From Salisapilia sapeloensis CBS 127946 (Eukaryota; Protista; Oomycota), in assembly GCA_023334545.1 (NCBI GenBank), contig JAADVB010000075.1, positions 8,198 through 72,197 of the forward strand: a stretch of 64,000 bases of DNA, in the 5' to 3' direction. A program made the translations under genes and the position numbers. The notes beneath the pieces were generated by a model. The model had not been told where the DNA came from, did no database searches, and saw only the letters and a list, made by a program, of their open reading frames with translations. Positions within the stretch are counted from its first letter, which is position 1, and the number at the start of each line of letters is the position of its first letter. Of the stretch, positions 45,001-55,316 are shown piece by piece.

Positions 45001-48000
45001 TATATTGTATATAAACATTACAACAAATTTATTTATATTAAATATTATCCTTAGCCTAAATTCATTAAAAACTTTAATAAAAATTGTAGAGCTTACGTAA
45101 TAAATTTGGAAATTATTCATTGTATCCAAAAATTATTTTTTACATATATTGTAGCGTACAGCAAACATCTCATGTTCAAATTTTTTCTCTTAAATTCCTC
45201 TATGAATGCGCTTTATAAATATGCAGAACACTATGGACGACAACAACGTATAATGAATGTGTCAAAAAGTTTACATTAATAGCAGAAAACCGTCTGTAAA
45301 GAGTATATTTTTAAATCATAAAAAGACAGTAAAAAATACTTGTAGGCTTGTCCACCGCTACATGTGTATTATATTGTTATGAAAAAAAAATTATCATGCT
45401 ATTATCATATTTGATTATATAGTCAAGCACTACAATGTTTTATATATTTAATTAAATTTATCATGATATCGATTCCTGAAAGCATAAAACAAAAAAGGCA
45501 AATTTGGAGGAAACTACTTTAAACTTAAATAATACTTAATCTTTTTAACTTTAGTTTTATGACTTAAAAATTATGTTTATGTATAAAAGAAAAGTTTGTA
45601 TACATTGTTGTAATATTTTATATGTGAGCAATAAAAGATCGATTTTTTTATTATATCTGACATTGAATGTAGAAAAGATTTTCTCTTTATCTATACATTT
45701 AATGTTATATACCTTTTTTACATTTTTATTATTTTAAAAGATACATAATAAATAAGTTCGTTCGTTTAATTTCTATAATTATTAAATGATATTATTTAGC
45801 AGCATACAGACACTAACCTGTTTAATTTTAAAATTTATAAGTTTATATTTGAGATTTCTTACTAATAGTGATATTGAGATTTGTACTTTGAGTACTAGTT
45901 TTCAATATGTTTTGGTTAAATATTGTTCTTAACGTAAGTGTTATGCTCCTTATAGCATTAATTTAATTATCTAGTCAGTTTATAGTATTTAAAACATAAA
46001 AAACTTGTGAGAATATATAATATATATTCAATGGTAGTTTATATACTTGTTTTAGCACAAAAGTTTTATTTTCAAATGATAAGTACATGCTATTTTTTTG
46101 TTAATAGTTTGAAGCTGTGTGTTTAAATGTTATCTCCATATAAGGAAGAAACCTTATCAATCTCAATATTAAGTTTTTTATTTTTTTTATAGTACAAAAT
46201 GTGTATTAAACTTATATTTTTTCACGTAAAATAATAAATCTGCTAAAAAAAAATTGCATACAAAGAAGCGTTCTTTGTTGTCGTTATTTTCTAGCTGATC
46301 TATATGTGCTAAGTGTTATAATATCACATGTTTGTCATAGCCTAATATGAAATGTTTTTTTTGGTCTAGCTTTTTTTAACTTTGTATAAGAATATCTATT
46401 TATGAAAATTTTCTAAAAACTTTACAACGCAGTTTATACGATTTCGACATTTTTATTTAAGCAAACAAAGAATACTTTGTAGAAAAACACGTTGATTGCT
46501 TATATTTATTACTGTTGAAAGAAAATACAACATTTTATAAATATAGATAGTCTATTTGACTAAATAATTACAGTTGACATTTTAGGCGTTGAGAAAACGC
46601 ACTAAAATTTTGTAAATTTGTAGCTGTCGAAAAATTTTGCTCCGTATCAATTTGTAAAGGATACACAAGCAGCGTTAGGTTTAATTTAGGTTCGTCCAAA
46701 CAGAGGTCTGGATATTTGACAAGCTTAAGCTCAATTGAATACAGTGTATTTTTACTCATATCTTTACATTCGTTGTTGTAAAATATGTTCTCTTATATTC
46801 ATGCAGTATCTATCTTTTTAATGCTTATTGTGCAACTAAGTGTGTTCATTTCGTAGCACAAGACGACCAAATCGACGTAGGAACACGTCGAAGGAACTAC
46901 ACTCTTACACAATTTGCTGTTTAAATCATGTTATTACAATCTGCAATTGATGTGTTGACAGTATTTTTGATTACCAAGGCGCTGGCGAAATCAAATTCAA
47001 TGCACGAGTACATCATTCTAGAGTACGTTTGTGTTCATTATAAACTCTGTCAATAATGAGGCGACATTTCGCTAGTATTAAGGCAGCAGATATCTGTTAT
47101 GCATGCAAGCGACACTAAGACAGTATCATCTAGAGCAATGTACGTTCTGTTCAAATGTCTTGATTCAAATGCTTTTTATAGTCAACGTGTCTGACAATGG
47201 TCTTGACTGTAAACAATACAATTGGCTTGTGGTCATGAGTAGATAGTTTGATTTAGCGAATGCTGTCGTCTTCTGTAATTCAAAACAGTGTCAGAATGCG
47301 GTGATTACTCGCTCGGATTCGTATCTGCAACGGCAAACAACATTGCCAGATGAAGCATATCCGTCACCTACATTCTGATAGTCTGACAGTAATCCTATCT
47401 CTTACATCGATGTACCACAAAGAGTATCCTTTAATATTCGTGAACACTAATATTAATGTAGTCTTAATGCTGTATTTCACAGCGTGCAGAGATTTGAAGA
47501 GTCGATGTATATTTAGCGTTGATACCAAACCTGCTAAAGCACTCTACTTCAGCTGCAATCGCTAGAGTTGATAGACGCCAAAAACTGTATTTATATGCTG
47601 GATAAAACTTGCTTTAGAAATTGTTCATACAACAGTCGTTGATGTCGTGTGCTTACATTTGAACCACCGTGATCGTTCGCTAATTACTTTGACAGGTACT
47701 GCAACCTTTTCTAGGCTTACTAATTAATCAGCAAGGTTAAGCAGCTCTTCAATTGCCGCTACGCGCGATATTGAGCTTAAATAGGTTAGTAAGCTCACAA
47801 ATTCAATTCTGTTATATACTTCATCATGTTGAATCCCGGAGGTCTCTATCCTACAACATCATCTAGGACGAGTACTCCTACCAGCTTAGTGCGTGCTCTC
47901 TATTTTGTACTTGCACTGAGATCGTGTTGGCGAAAGTTTATATAAGCAGTTTTCGAGCATCATCTTTTTGCTGCATTTGTCTATACGTGGTACAATTCAG

Positions 48001-48700
48001 GAAAAATCTACCTATACACACCTAGCAATATGTTTGACATTGAATAATGTGCTCAATCGTAGTGTGCCATCAACACAATGCTTGCAAACGCATAGCGATC
48101 CGGCGTTTTTAAAGGTAGGTCTTTTACCTTTGCTTGATAGCATGCGGATTTTGCTTTCACATATTATGGAGCTTTAGTTTGGCTTCTCGATTCGGCGAGC
48201 TGGTTTTCCTTTAGTTGTGCGATTGCTTTTGCATTCGATTGTGCCAAGTTGCAGGAAGAAAGGTATTATTAAAGGTATAAGTTATAATGAGAGTAAATGC
48301 CATGCGACTATAATAGAATTGCGTGCCTGTTGACAGTGGTTGGTCGTCAAAGTCGTAGAACCAAGGACTACATGCTGCACCCAACCGACGTATGAATTAA
48401 AAGCACTAGGCAGCTCTTGGTACGATAGCAAGCATAGACAAGGTAACTTTTGTGGGTATAGTACACCATGTCACCACCATTACACAGAAATAGGCGCAAA
48501 AGTCACTTGGATGAACGCTGCGGTTAAGCATAAAGCAAGACAGCACAAAGATTACATGTACCGTCACTCGAGTCTGGTAATCTAGCTCTCACCTTTACAT
48601 ACAATGCTCTACTTCAGACTTTCCGAATCAGATGCATCAAATTCAAGCAGCCATTTATACCAATCAAAACGCTTGAAAAGGCTCTTATAATCTTGCAGTC
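42030..48700. other. Gene-free AT-rich island with a ~23% GC core (43600-46800) and intermediate-GC shoulders; candidate centromere or replication origin
   Basis: Only short ORFs (none over 100 aa) in ~6.7 kb of an otherwise packed genome. Hand counts: 66 G+C of 300 at 44401-44700 and 69 of 300 at 45841-46140. Strand skew inverts mid-island. The functional label is inference. Confidence 0.85.
48660..48670 (+). promoter_or_regulatory. CCAAT-box-like motif upstream of EEP gene 1
   Basis: CCAATCAAAAC, identical to the 11-mer at 23214-23224, ~130 bp upstream of ATG 48797. Confidence 0.45.
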
Positions 48701-48796
48701 TCTAATAAATACGTCAATTAAGGCAAACGACCCTACATTCCATAGAAACACTGCTATTCCTACGAAGAAGATTGCGCCTAAAACAAGCGTTTTAAC

Positions 48797-49879
48797 ATGA
48801 CCGAGATCGGATCGTTCCTGCCGACGACCTCATCCTCCGCCCCTCGCAACCCGTACGCCCGTCATACGAAGAGCGCAGGCCAAACTCCGTCGTCCAAGGT
48901 CGTGCTGGGTGTTATCGCAGCCTTCACAGTCGGATGTGTCGTTTTGTGGAGAACCTCTTCGATGCCATCGATGACGTCGATGACCACGGACTCCAAGGTC
49001 GCTGTGCCTCGGTTCAAAGGAGCTTCGGCAGTCGATCCGCACCAACTAGGTATCATGACCTTCAACCTCCGTTTTGCAGGTGCAAATGACGGACATAATG
49101 GATGGAGATACCGAAAGGATCACGTGGCAAATATCATCAATCGGTACCATCCGGCCATCATGGGGACGCAGGAGGGACTGAAGGATCAGCTAGCAGACCT
49201 CCACGACCTCCTCTCTCACCCATATGAGCGGTACGGTATCGAGCGAGAGACGAACGGAGAGTTCGAACAGATCTTCTACGACACAAGTGTCGTCGAGTGG
49301 CTCGACGGAGGGAACTTTTGGCTCTCGGACTCACCCGACACTCCAGGCACTAAAGGATGGGATGCAGCCTGCGTTAGATTGGTAACCTGGTGCAAGTTCC
49401 GACTGCATGCGACCGGCCAGGAGCTCTTCTTTTTCAACACGCAGCTGGATCACGAAGGCGCTAGGGCGAGAACCATGGGCTCCCAGCTGCTCCACGAGCG
49501 CATGCAGGAGATCGCTGGCGCCGACTCGGCTGTCTTCCTCGTCGGTGACTTTAACACGTACCGTCACACGAGTACCTACAGCTACTTGACGGCAGCCAAG
49601 GAAGGTCCGAAGCTGTTGGAGGCGTGGCCTGAAGCAGAGAACCAGATCGGAGACGTGTCGTACACATATCATGGGTGGGCCGGCATACAGAATGACGGGG
49701 AGAAGACTGCGAAACGCGCTGCGAACCACATCGACTGGATCTTGTATCGTCCCAAGATGAGAGTTCTGTCAACGGAAGTGATCACGGAGTCTCGGAATAG
49801 TCGGTATCCGTCGGACCACTATCCAATCCATGCTGAGGTCATGTTTCCACCGGTTACACAAGTAGCTCCGTCGTCGTAG
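48797..49879 (+). CDS. Endonuclease/exonuclease/phosphatase (EEP) family hydrolase with an N-terminal TM anchor, copy 1
   Basis: IMTFNLRF, MGTQEG, GGNFWLSDSPD, GWDAACVRLVTW, GDFN, IDWILY and YPSDHYP. Intronless. Confidence 0.92.
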   Translation: MTEIGSFLPTTSSSAPRNPYARHTKSAGQTPSSKVVLGVIAAFTVGCVVLWRTSSMPSMTSMTTDSKVAVPRFKGASAVDPHQLGIMTFNLRFAGANDGHNGWRYRKDHVANIINRYHPAIMGTQEGLKDQLADLHDLLSHPYERYGIERETNGEFEQIFYDTSVVEWLDGGNFWLSDSPDTPGTKGWDAACVRLVTWCKFRLHATGQELFFFNTQLDHEGARARTMGSQLLHERMQEIAGADSAVFLVGDFNTYRHTSTYSYLTAAKEGPKLLEAWPEAENQIGDVSYTYHGWAGIQNDGEKTAKRAANHIDWILYRPKMRVLSTEVITESRNSRYPSDHYPIHAEVMFPPVTQVAPSS

Positions 49880-49925
49880 AAAAAAAAAACTTTTTTTTCC
49901 ATTTTAAATTTTTTTTCGATTCGAT

Positions 49926-50741
49926 ATGAGCTCCCTGCGGATCATGACGTTTAACCTGCGCTTTGACACGCCACAGGATGGACGGAACCAGTGGGGGCAT
50001 CGACGAGAGCACGTGACAGAGGTCATCGAGCGGTATCATCCGCTCTGCTTCGGGACACAGGAGGGACTAGTCAACCAGCTGGAAGATTTGACACGGTCTC
50101 TCCAGCATCCGTACGAGCGATTCGGAGCGCCTCGGGAGCCCAACTCGGAGCATCAGCAGATCTTCTTTGACACAGACTTTCTGGAAAAGATCGATGGGGA
50201 CACCTTCTGGCTGTCGGACACGCCAGAGAAAGCCGGCACCAAAGGCTGGGATGCGAAGCATGTACGAGTCGCGACGTGGTGCCACCTCCGTCTGATCGCC
50301 ACTGGACACGAGTTCTTCCTCTGCAACACCCAGCTCGATCATATCGGACAAGTCGCTCGATTGGAAGGAGCCAAGCTCATTGCGTCCAAGATGAACGCGA
50401 TAGCAGGAGGGAAGACGCTCTTTATCATCGGAGACTTTAACACGTACCGAGACTCGGACGTCTATCGCTTCTTAACGAAAGACACTACCGGTCCAAAGCT
50501 GTTTGATGCATGGACAGAGACTGATGAGCAGATTGGCGACGTCTCGTGCAGCTTCCACGGATGGGAAGGTGTCGATGGACCGCATGAAAAGGGTGAAAAC
50601 AAGGGCGAGCGCCACATTGACTGGATCCTCTTCCGGCCGAAGATGCAGGTGCTGTCGACGGAAGTTATTACAGAGCATAGAGACGGTCGCTATCCGTCGG
50701 ACCACTATCCGATCCAAGCGGAAATCGATCTGGACGAGTAA
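49926..50741 (+). CDS. EEP family hydrolase, soluble, copy 2
   Basis: LRIMTFNLRF, FGTQEG, GDTFWLSDTP, GWDAKHVRVATW, GDFN, IDWILF and YPSDHYP. Intronless. Confidence 0.92.
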   Translation: MSSLRIMTFNLRFDTPQDGRNQWGHRREHVTEVIERYHPLCFGTQEGLVNQLEDLTRSLQHPYERFGAPREPNSEHQQIFFDTDFLEKIDGDTFWLSDTPEKAGTKGWDAKHVRVATWCHLRLIATGHEFFLCNTQLDHIGQVARLEGAKLIASKMNAIAGGKTLFIIGDFNTYRDSDVYRFLTKDTTGPKLFDAWTETDEQIGDVSCSFHGWEGVDGPHEKGENKGERHIDWILFRPKMQVLSTEVITEHRDGRYPSDHYPIQAEIDLDE

Positions 50742-50775
50742 TGTCAATAACAATCAAAGTCACCTTCCTTTCTAT

Positions 50776-52091
50776 TTAGTTTGCATAACACGACCGAGGG
50801 TACCCGTCGCCATGACGCAGCGTCACACTGTCCAGCGCGACGGTCTCGTGGCCTTTGGTAAAGTCACCAAGGATGCGAATGGACGAGAGGTCCGACAGGA
50901 CGTCGACAAATTCACACTGCGTCGGCTTGGTCCACTCCCGAATGACATTCTGAGGGTCTTTTAGCCATCCAGCATGCTCCTGTAGTGGTAGTCGGAACTG
51001 CTTAGTCGATCCGTCAAACGTGTAGTCCAGAGACATCGGTAGTCCAAGCGTGATGCCGAGGTTGTGATTGCACGATGCGCATTCGAGCAGCACTAGGTTC
51101 ATTCGTCCGTACTTGTTCAGGTTGGCCATATCAAAGTTTCCTTCTGCAGACGACAGGACAAAGTCTAACGACCCACCGTATGCAGCCCACTGGTGTCCGA
51201 GGAACTTGCTCGGAGCTGCAAAGTACCACATCATACTGTCATCCCCCGTGTCGACCTGATGGTGAATGAGATCATCCATGGCGTAGATATAGTAGCTCAA
51301 GAGCCCTCCTGCTCGAGACAGAGGCTGATAAGTTGGCACAGAGTTACCATTTCCTACGACTACCCAGTCTTCAATGTTCACATCGAACGGACTGGAGACC
51401 AAGGAGCTTGTCGTTGTGAGTACAATCATGCCTTCATTCGACACATCGCTCTTGGAGTTAGTTGCTGTATACCGGAACTCTGCATACTGCTCTATGTCAG
51501 AAAGCTGATACTATGAGGATATAGCGAAGCTTGGTACTTTGGTGTGAAGCGGATGCGTATCGTACTGCGGTCTCTTGAATATTACTCGACTCTTACTTCC
51601 TGTCACGACCGTCGGAACAGTGGTAATTGGAACTTGCTCTCGCTTCGGTTCATACCTGCGCAGTCCTCATGAGCAATAATACTAGTGCGACAATCTGGGT
51701 GAAAATGTACCCGTGGATACTGTAGACTTGCGAGAGCTGGTATAGCTGTCCATTCTCAGGTAGCGATGTGATTGTGATGAGCAGCTACAGTATCCTCCAA
51801 ATCGTTAGGTATGCATTACACTTTACCATGCACGTGATTAGCTACCTTGTCACCTGTTTTGTCGTAAGCTTTCAGCATAACTTCTGTCTCGTGCCCAGGT
51901 GCTGCATGATAGACGAGATTGCGGGCGACGGGGCTATTTAATCAGGCAGATAAGCTTTTACATGGACTAATGGACATCTGAAAGAATTTTACTCACGTGT
52001 CTGCCATTGCCAATGGCATGAAGACAATGGACAGTAGGAGTACTATCCAAAGCGTTCGCATCCGACTTTTTGTTCGCCACCGTGGTGCCAT
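50776..52091 (-). CDS. Secreted laminin IV type A (laminin-B) domain protein, multi-exon
   Basis: Signal peptide MAPRWRTKSRMRTLWIVLLLSIVFMPLAMA. WYFAAPSKFLGHQWAAYGGSLDFVL and FVDVLSDLSSIRILG match the laminin-B pattern. Confidence 0.75.
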
Positions 52092-52238
52092 TTGACTCTT
52101 CAGGTAGATGCTGACGCTTTAGCTCGAGACGAGACACCTTCGTTTCCAGTCATGAAACGGGCGTTGAATTCTGGAACGACCTGATGACGAATTATAAATG
52201 CAAGTGCTTACGTCTAATAGGAAGAAGGTTTATTATCT

Positions 52239-54675
52239 CTACTCTGCTCCTACTTCTCCAGCGTATTGGCGTAGTTCGGTCAAAACACCAAGAGCATCGT
52301 TATCAACTGGGTTCTTGTCATTCATTGCGTGGATGCGACCTAGAAGGGTTTCCAGAAGTCGTTCTTGAAAATGTCCATTCACATGCTGGTTGTCTTCTGG
52401 TTTCTCTTGCTGTGTTGTCTCCAAAAACACCTTAAGACCGTCCATCACCTTTGACTCTAGCAGCACTTCATCGCTGATACGCTGCAAGATATAAATGAGA
52501 GCTGTCTCTGTTGGCAGATGACTCGACTGCGTGTTTTGATCGGCTATATCATAAAGATCCGAGAGCCAAAGCTTACCTTGCTTGTCCAGCAGCTCCTGCG
52601 TACTGCCTACATCCGGCAAAAGGTCTGCGAGTACCTCGAGTACCATCTCGCCACTGCACAATACAAGCATTAGACTATTTTAGTCTAAAAGAAAGCAGCT
52701 AGGAAACGTACTTGGTAGACGTAGTGTCCAAGCTAGACTCGGCATAGATGACCGCTAGGCGGAACATGGTCTCGTACAGCTTGTCCATGGCTGGTAGTCG
52801 CCCGTTCTCCCGATAGTATGCCGCGACAACCTCTACACCTCGCCGCTGCATAATCTGAGCGACTTGCAGTAGCATTGCACTAGCCTCCGCTTGTACGGTC
52901 ATGTCCGAGAACCGTTGTACGTGGGGACTAGCAACCGCATCAACTAGGCCCTTGACATGTGGCAAGAGAACTCGATCGAGAGAGCCTCGCATCAAATGCA
53001 TCATCAGTTGCAGCGTACTGCACGTAGCAGTCGGCGTTATCGTAGCCACTGCGTCGTCCTCACCCCGAATACGGGGCAAGAGGATCTTCAAGTATGTGTC
53101 TGGACTCGTGAATCTTCCCACAAGTTCAGCAGCTTCCTCAATGTCCTTCTGAAGCTCCTTGTCTCCCCACACACGCCGTAAGGATGCGACAATAATGTGT
53201 GCATCGACTGTCAGCGTTTCTTCGCAGTAGACGAGGATGGTCTTGAGAAGTCGAGCGGCTCGGACTCGTGTCTGGGACTGCCAATTGGTCAGTTCTCTCA
53301 GCACAGGCTGGAGGAAGCGCCTTGCACGTCCTCTGACGAACAATCTCGTTCCGAGCGACGGGCGCTCGTGGAACGGAGCTGGCAACTGCCCATTGTAATT
53401 GTAGGATGGGTTACGCCCATCAATACCATACTGCTTCATCTCTATGACCTCACTCGCATGCTCCTGCTCATACGTGTTTCCAAGCATTTCTAGCGTCTTC
53501 ATAGCTTGGATAGCAATGTATAGGATCTCGTCGCTCACACCACTGAGTAGATAAGGCAAGAGGCGAGACTCGTGGTCGTATCTGTCCGGCAGCGTCGTGA
53601 TCCAATCGCCGACCATGGCATAGAACGCCTTTCGGACACTACTGTTTGCGTCCTGGTCTAGTCTGGCAAAGTAGTTGACTCGAGTCTCGCCAACGTAAAA
53701 GGCAGCAATCGGGATGACGTTCTCCTCTCGATGTCCGATGAGCTCCACCAAGGTTTCCGTTCCACTGCCTTTGCATTTCTCGACATTGGGACAGCTGAGG
53801 ACCGTCCGAATGCCATTGATAGCGGCCACACGGACTCTGGCGACACGGTGCAGCAAGAGGTGCTTCATGGCTCGGACGATCGCGACGCTAAAGTGCTTCA
53901 TGACCGAGACCATGTGATCACTAATCAAAGCGAGCAAGTGGCAGCTGCGTATATTGACCTCATGATATGGGTCGTGAAGCCCATTGACTAGTACGAGTAT
54001 CATATCGAAGATGTAGGCATGTAGGATGGAGGAGGCGCTATGCGTAAATACATTTTGCAGGATCGTCTCGATCAACTGAAGGAAGAGGAGTCTAATTTCC
54101 TCCGACGGTTCAGTCGGCTTTCGTCGATCCACTTGTTTTTCATCGACGTAGATTCTTCCTCTCTGGAAAGCTTCCTGCAAATACGCATCTCTTGTGAACT
54201 CTTGCATGTTTCCATCGAACGCATACGGACTCTCGATCCGCGAGACGATGGACGGCATCAAGTAAGGTAGGTAGCGCATGATGTCTTGTTCGTTTTGGAA
54301 CGACAAGATGCACAAACGGATACTCACGTCTCTGACTTTTTCAATCGAGTCGTGGAAGCGTTTGAATAGTAACTTGGCGACGACATCGAAGTCGAAGTGT
54401 TGATCCGAGGTTTCCACCAGGATATGCCGCTCGAGAGCGACTGCCGCTTTCTTGCGTACGTTTGGACGATCGTGTGCCATGCGATTGACTTCCAGGTGGA
54501 AGTTGCATGCCGTGGACGACGTACCCACCACACACTCCGTCCCATCTGATGTCGGTTGAGTGTAAGTCGTGTCGGACATGGATTTCCGGAGAACGGCGTC
54601 AGCCTTGGCCGCTCGCGGCTGGGTGTCCGCATCCTGTAGCTCTTGCCATAGCTGGTTGATCCTGTCGTTGGCCAT
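52239..54675 (-). CDS. DNAAF5: Dynein axonemal assembly factor 5 (HEATR2), HEAT repeats
   Basis: EPSEEIRL, DPYHEV, WITTLPDRYDHESRLLPYLLSGVSDE, RPSLGTRLFVR and ELTNWQSQTRVRAARLL. The last exon is 52239-52670. Confidence 0.88.
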
Positions 54676-55280
54676 CGAGACCTTATGCTGAGAGTCGTCT
54701 ACGCCTGTTCATGTCTGTTGAAACCGTGGAGGCGTCGAATCTATTTCCGGCGTGGTATCTTAGGACGGTCAGACCTTTTGAACGAAAGGAACAAATCTCG
54801 ATCACAATTCGATCAGTCTGTATTTTCATTCGCACCAGCCACCTGTGCCAGCTAGTATCTGCCACTACCACCACTATCATCTATCATGACATCCACGACG
54901 GAAGACGCTCGGTATAGAAATTTCATTCTTTCCACCCTGTCACTAGCTTACTGAAACGTCTCTAGGCCGTGCACGCCTCGCAAGCGTCTGGAAGAAGCGA
55001 AGGAAGTCGACGGCCAATTATCCGCTTCGAGTGTCCTGCGAGATTTCTGCGCCCACTTCGTGTCGGGCGTTCTGGACCAAGGCCTACATAAATTCCAGTA
55101 GCAAATCAAAATAAAATCCAACTTTCCACATGCGCTGGTAATGGCTTCTTCCGTCCTAGTTTGCCAAAGCCGGTTACAAACTCTTCAACAGGTGGCTTTG
55201 CAACGCACGCATTTCGTCAACTGGACGACGGACTTTGCCCCCGTTTTGACACGCCCTCTATCGCTTTCGAGCGCTCTGAA

Positions 55281-55297
55281 CTCCATTCGCCATTCTT
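55281..55297 (+). promoter_or_regulatory. Oomycete INR+FPR-like core promoter upstream of myosin
   Basis: CTCCATTCGCCATTCTT resembles the YCAYTYY initiator plus flanking element. It lies ~20-35 bp before ATG 55317. Confidence 0.4.
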
Positions 55298-55316
55298 CTT
55301 ATTAAGCACCTACGTC

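Noticed and set aside
43600-46800. Mitochondrial insertion (NUMT), since ~22% GC matches oomycete mtDNA
   Set aside because: No recognisable cox, nad, atp, rps or rpl protein, rRNA or tRNA in the frames I read. Oomycete mtDNA is gene-dense, and the GC change here is gradual rather than a sharp junction. A BLASTN against mtDNA is still needed to exclude it.
43600-46800. Classical ascomycete RIP (CpA to TpA) or CpG methylation decay
   Set aside because: In the 44401-44700 hand count, CpA and CpG are not depleted and TpA is near expectation.
42030-48700. Intact transposon, Polinton or giant-virus insertion
   Set aside because: No terminal inverted repeats, LTRs or target-site duplication found at the edges. 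No ORF over 100 aa and no RT, integrase, transposase or capsid motifs.
42030-48700. Genes in an alternative genetic code (TAA/TAG = Gln or TGA = Trp)
   Set aside because: All three stop codons interrupt the frames I translated, and flanking genes end with TAA, TAG and TGA.
20362-48700. Functional linkage between the KNL1-like gene and the candidate centromere
   Set aside because: They are ~20 kb and many unrelated genes apart, and proximity of a kinetochore gene to a centromere has no mechanistic basis. Treated as coincidence.
55161-55316. 52-aa N-terminal extension of the myosin ORF from a TTG start
   Set aside because: The ATG at 55317 follows an INR-like motif and starts the SH3-like N-terminal domain, so the upstream part looks like promoter or UTR.
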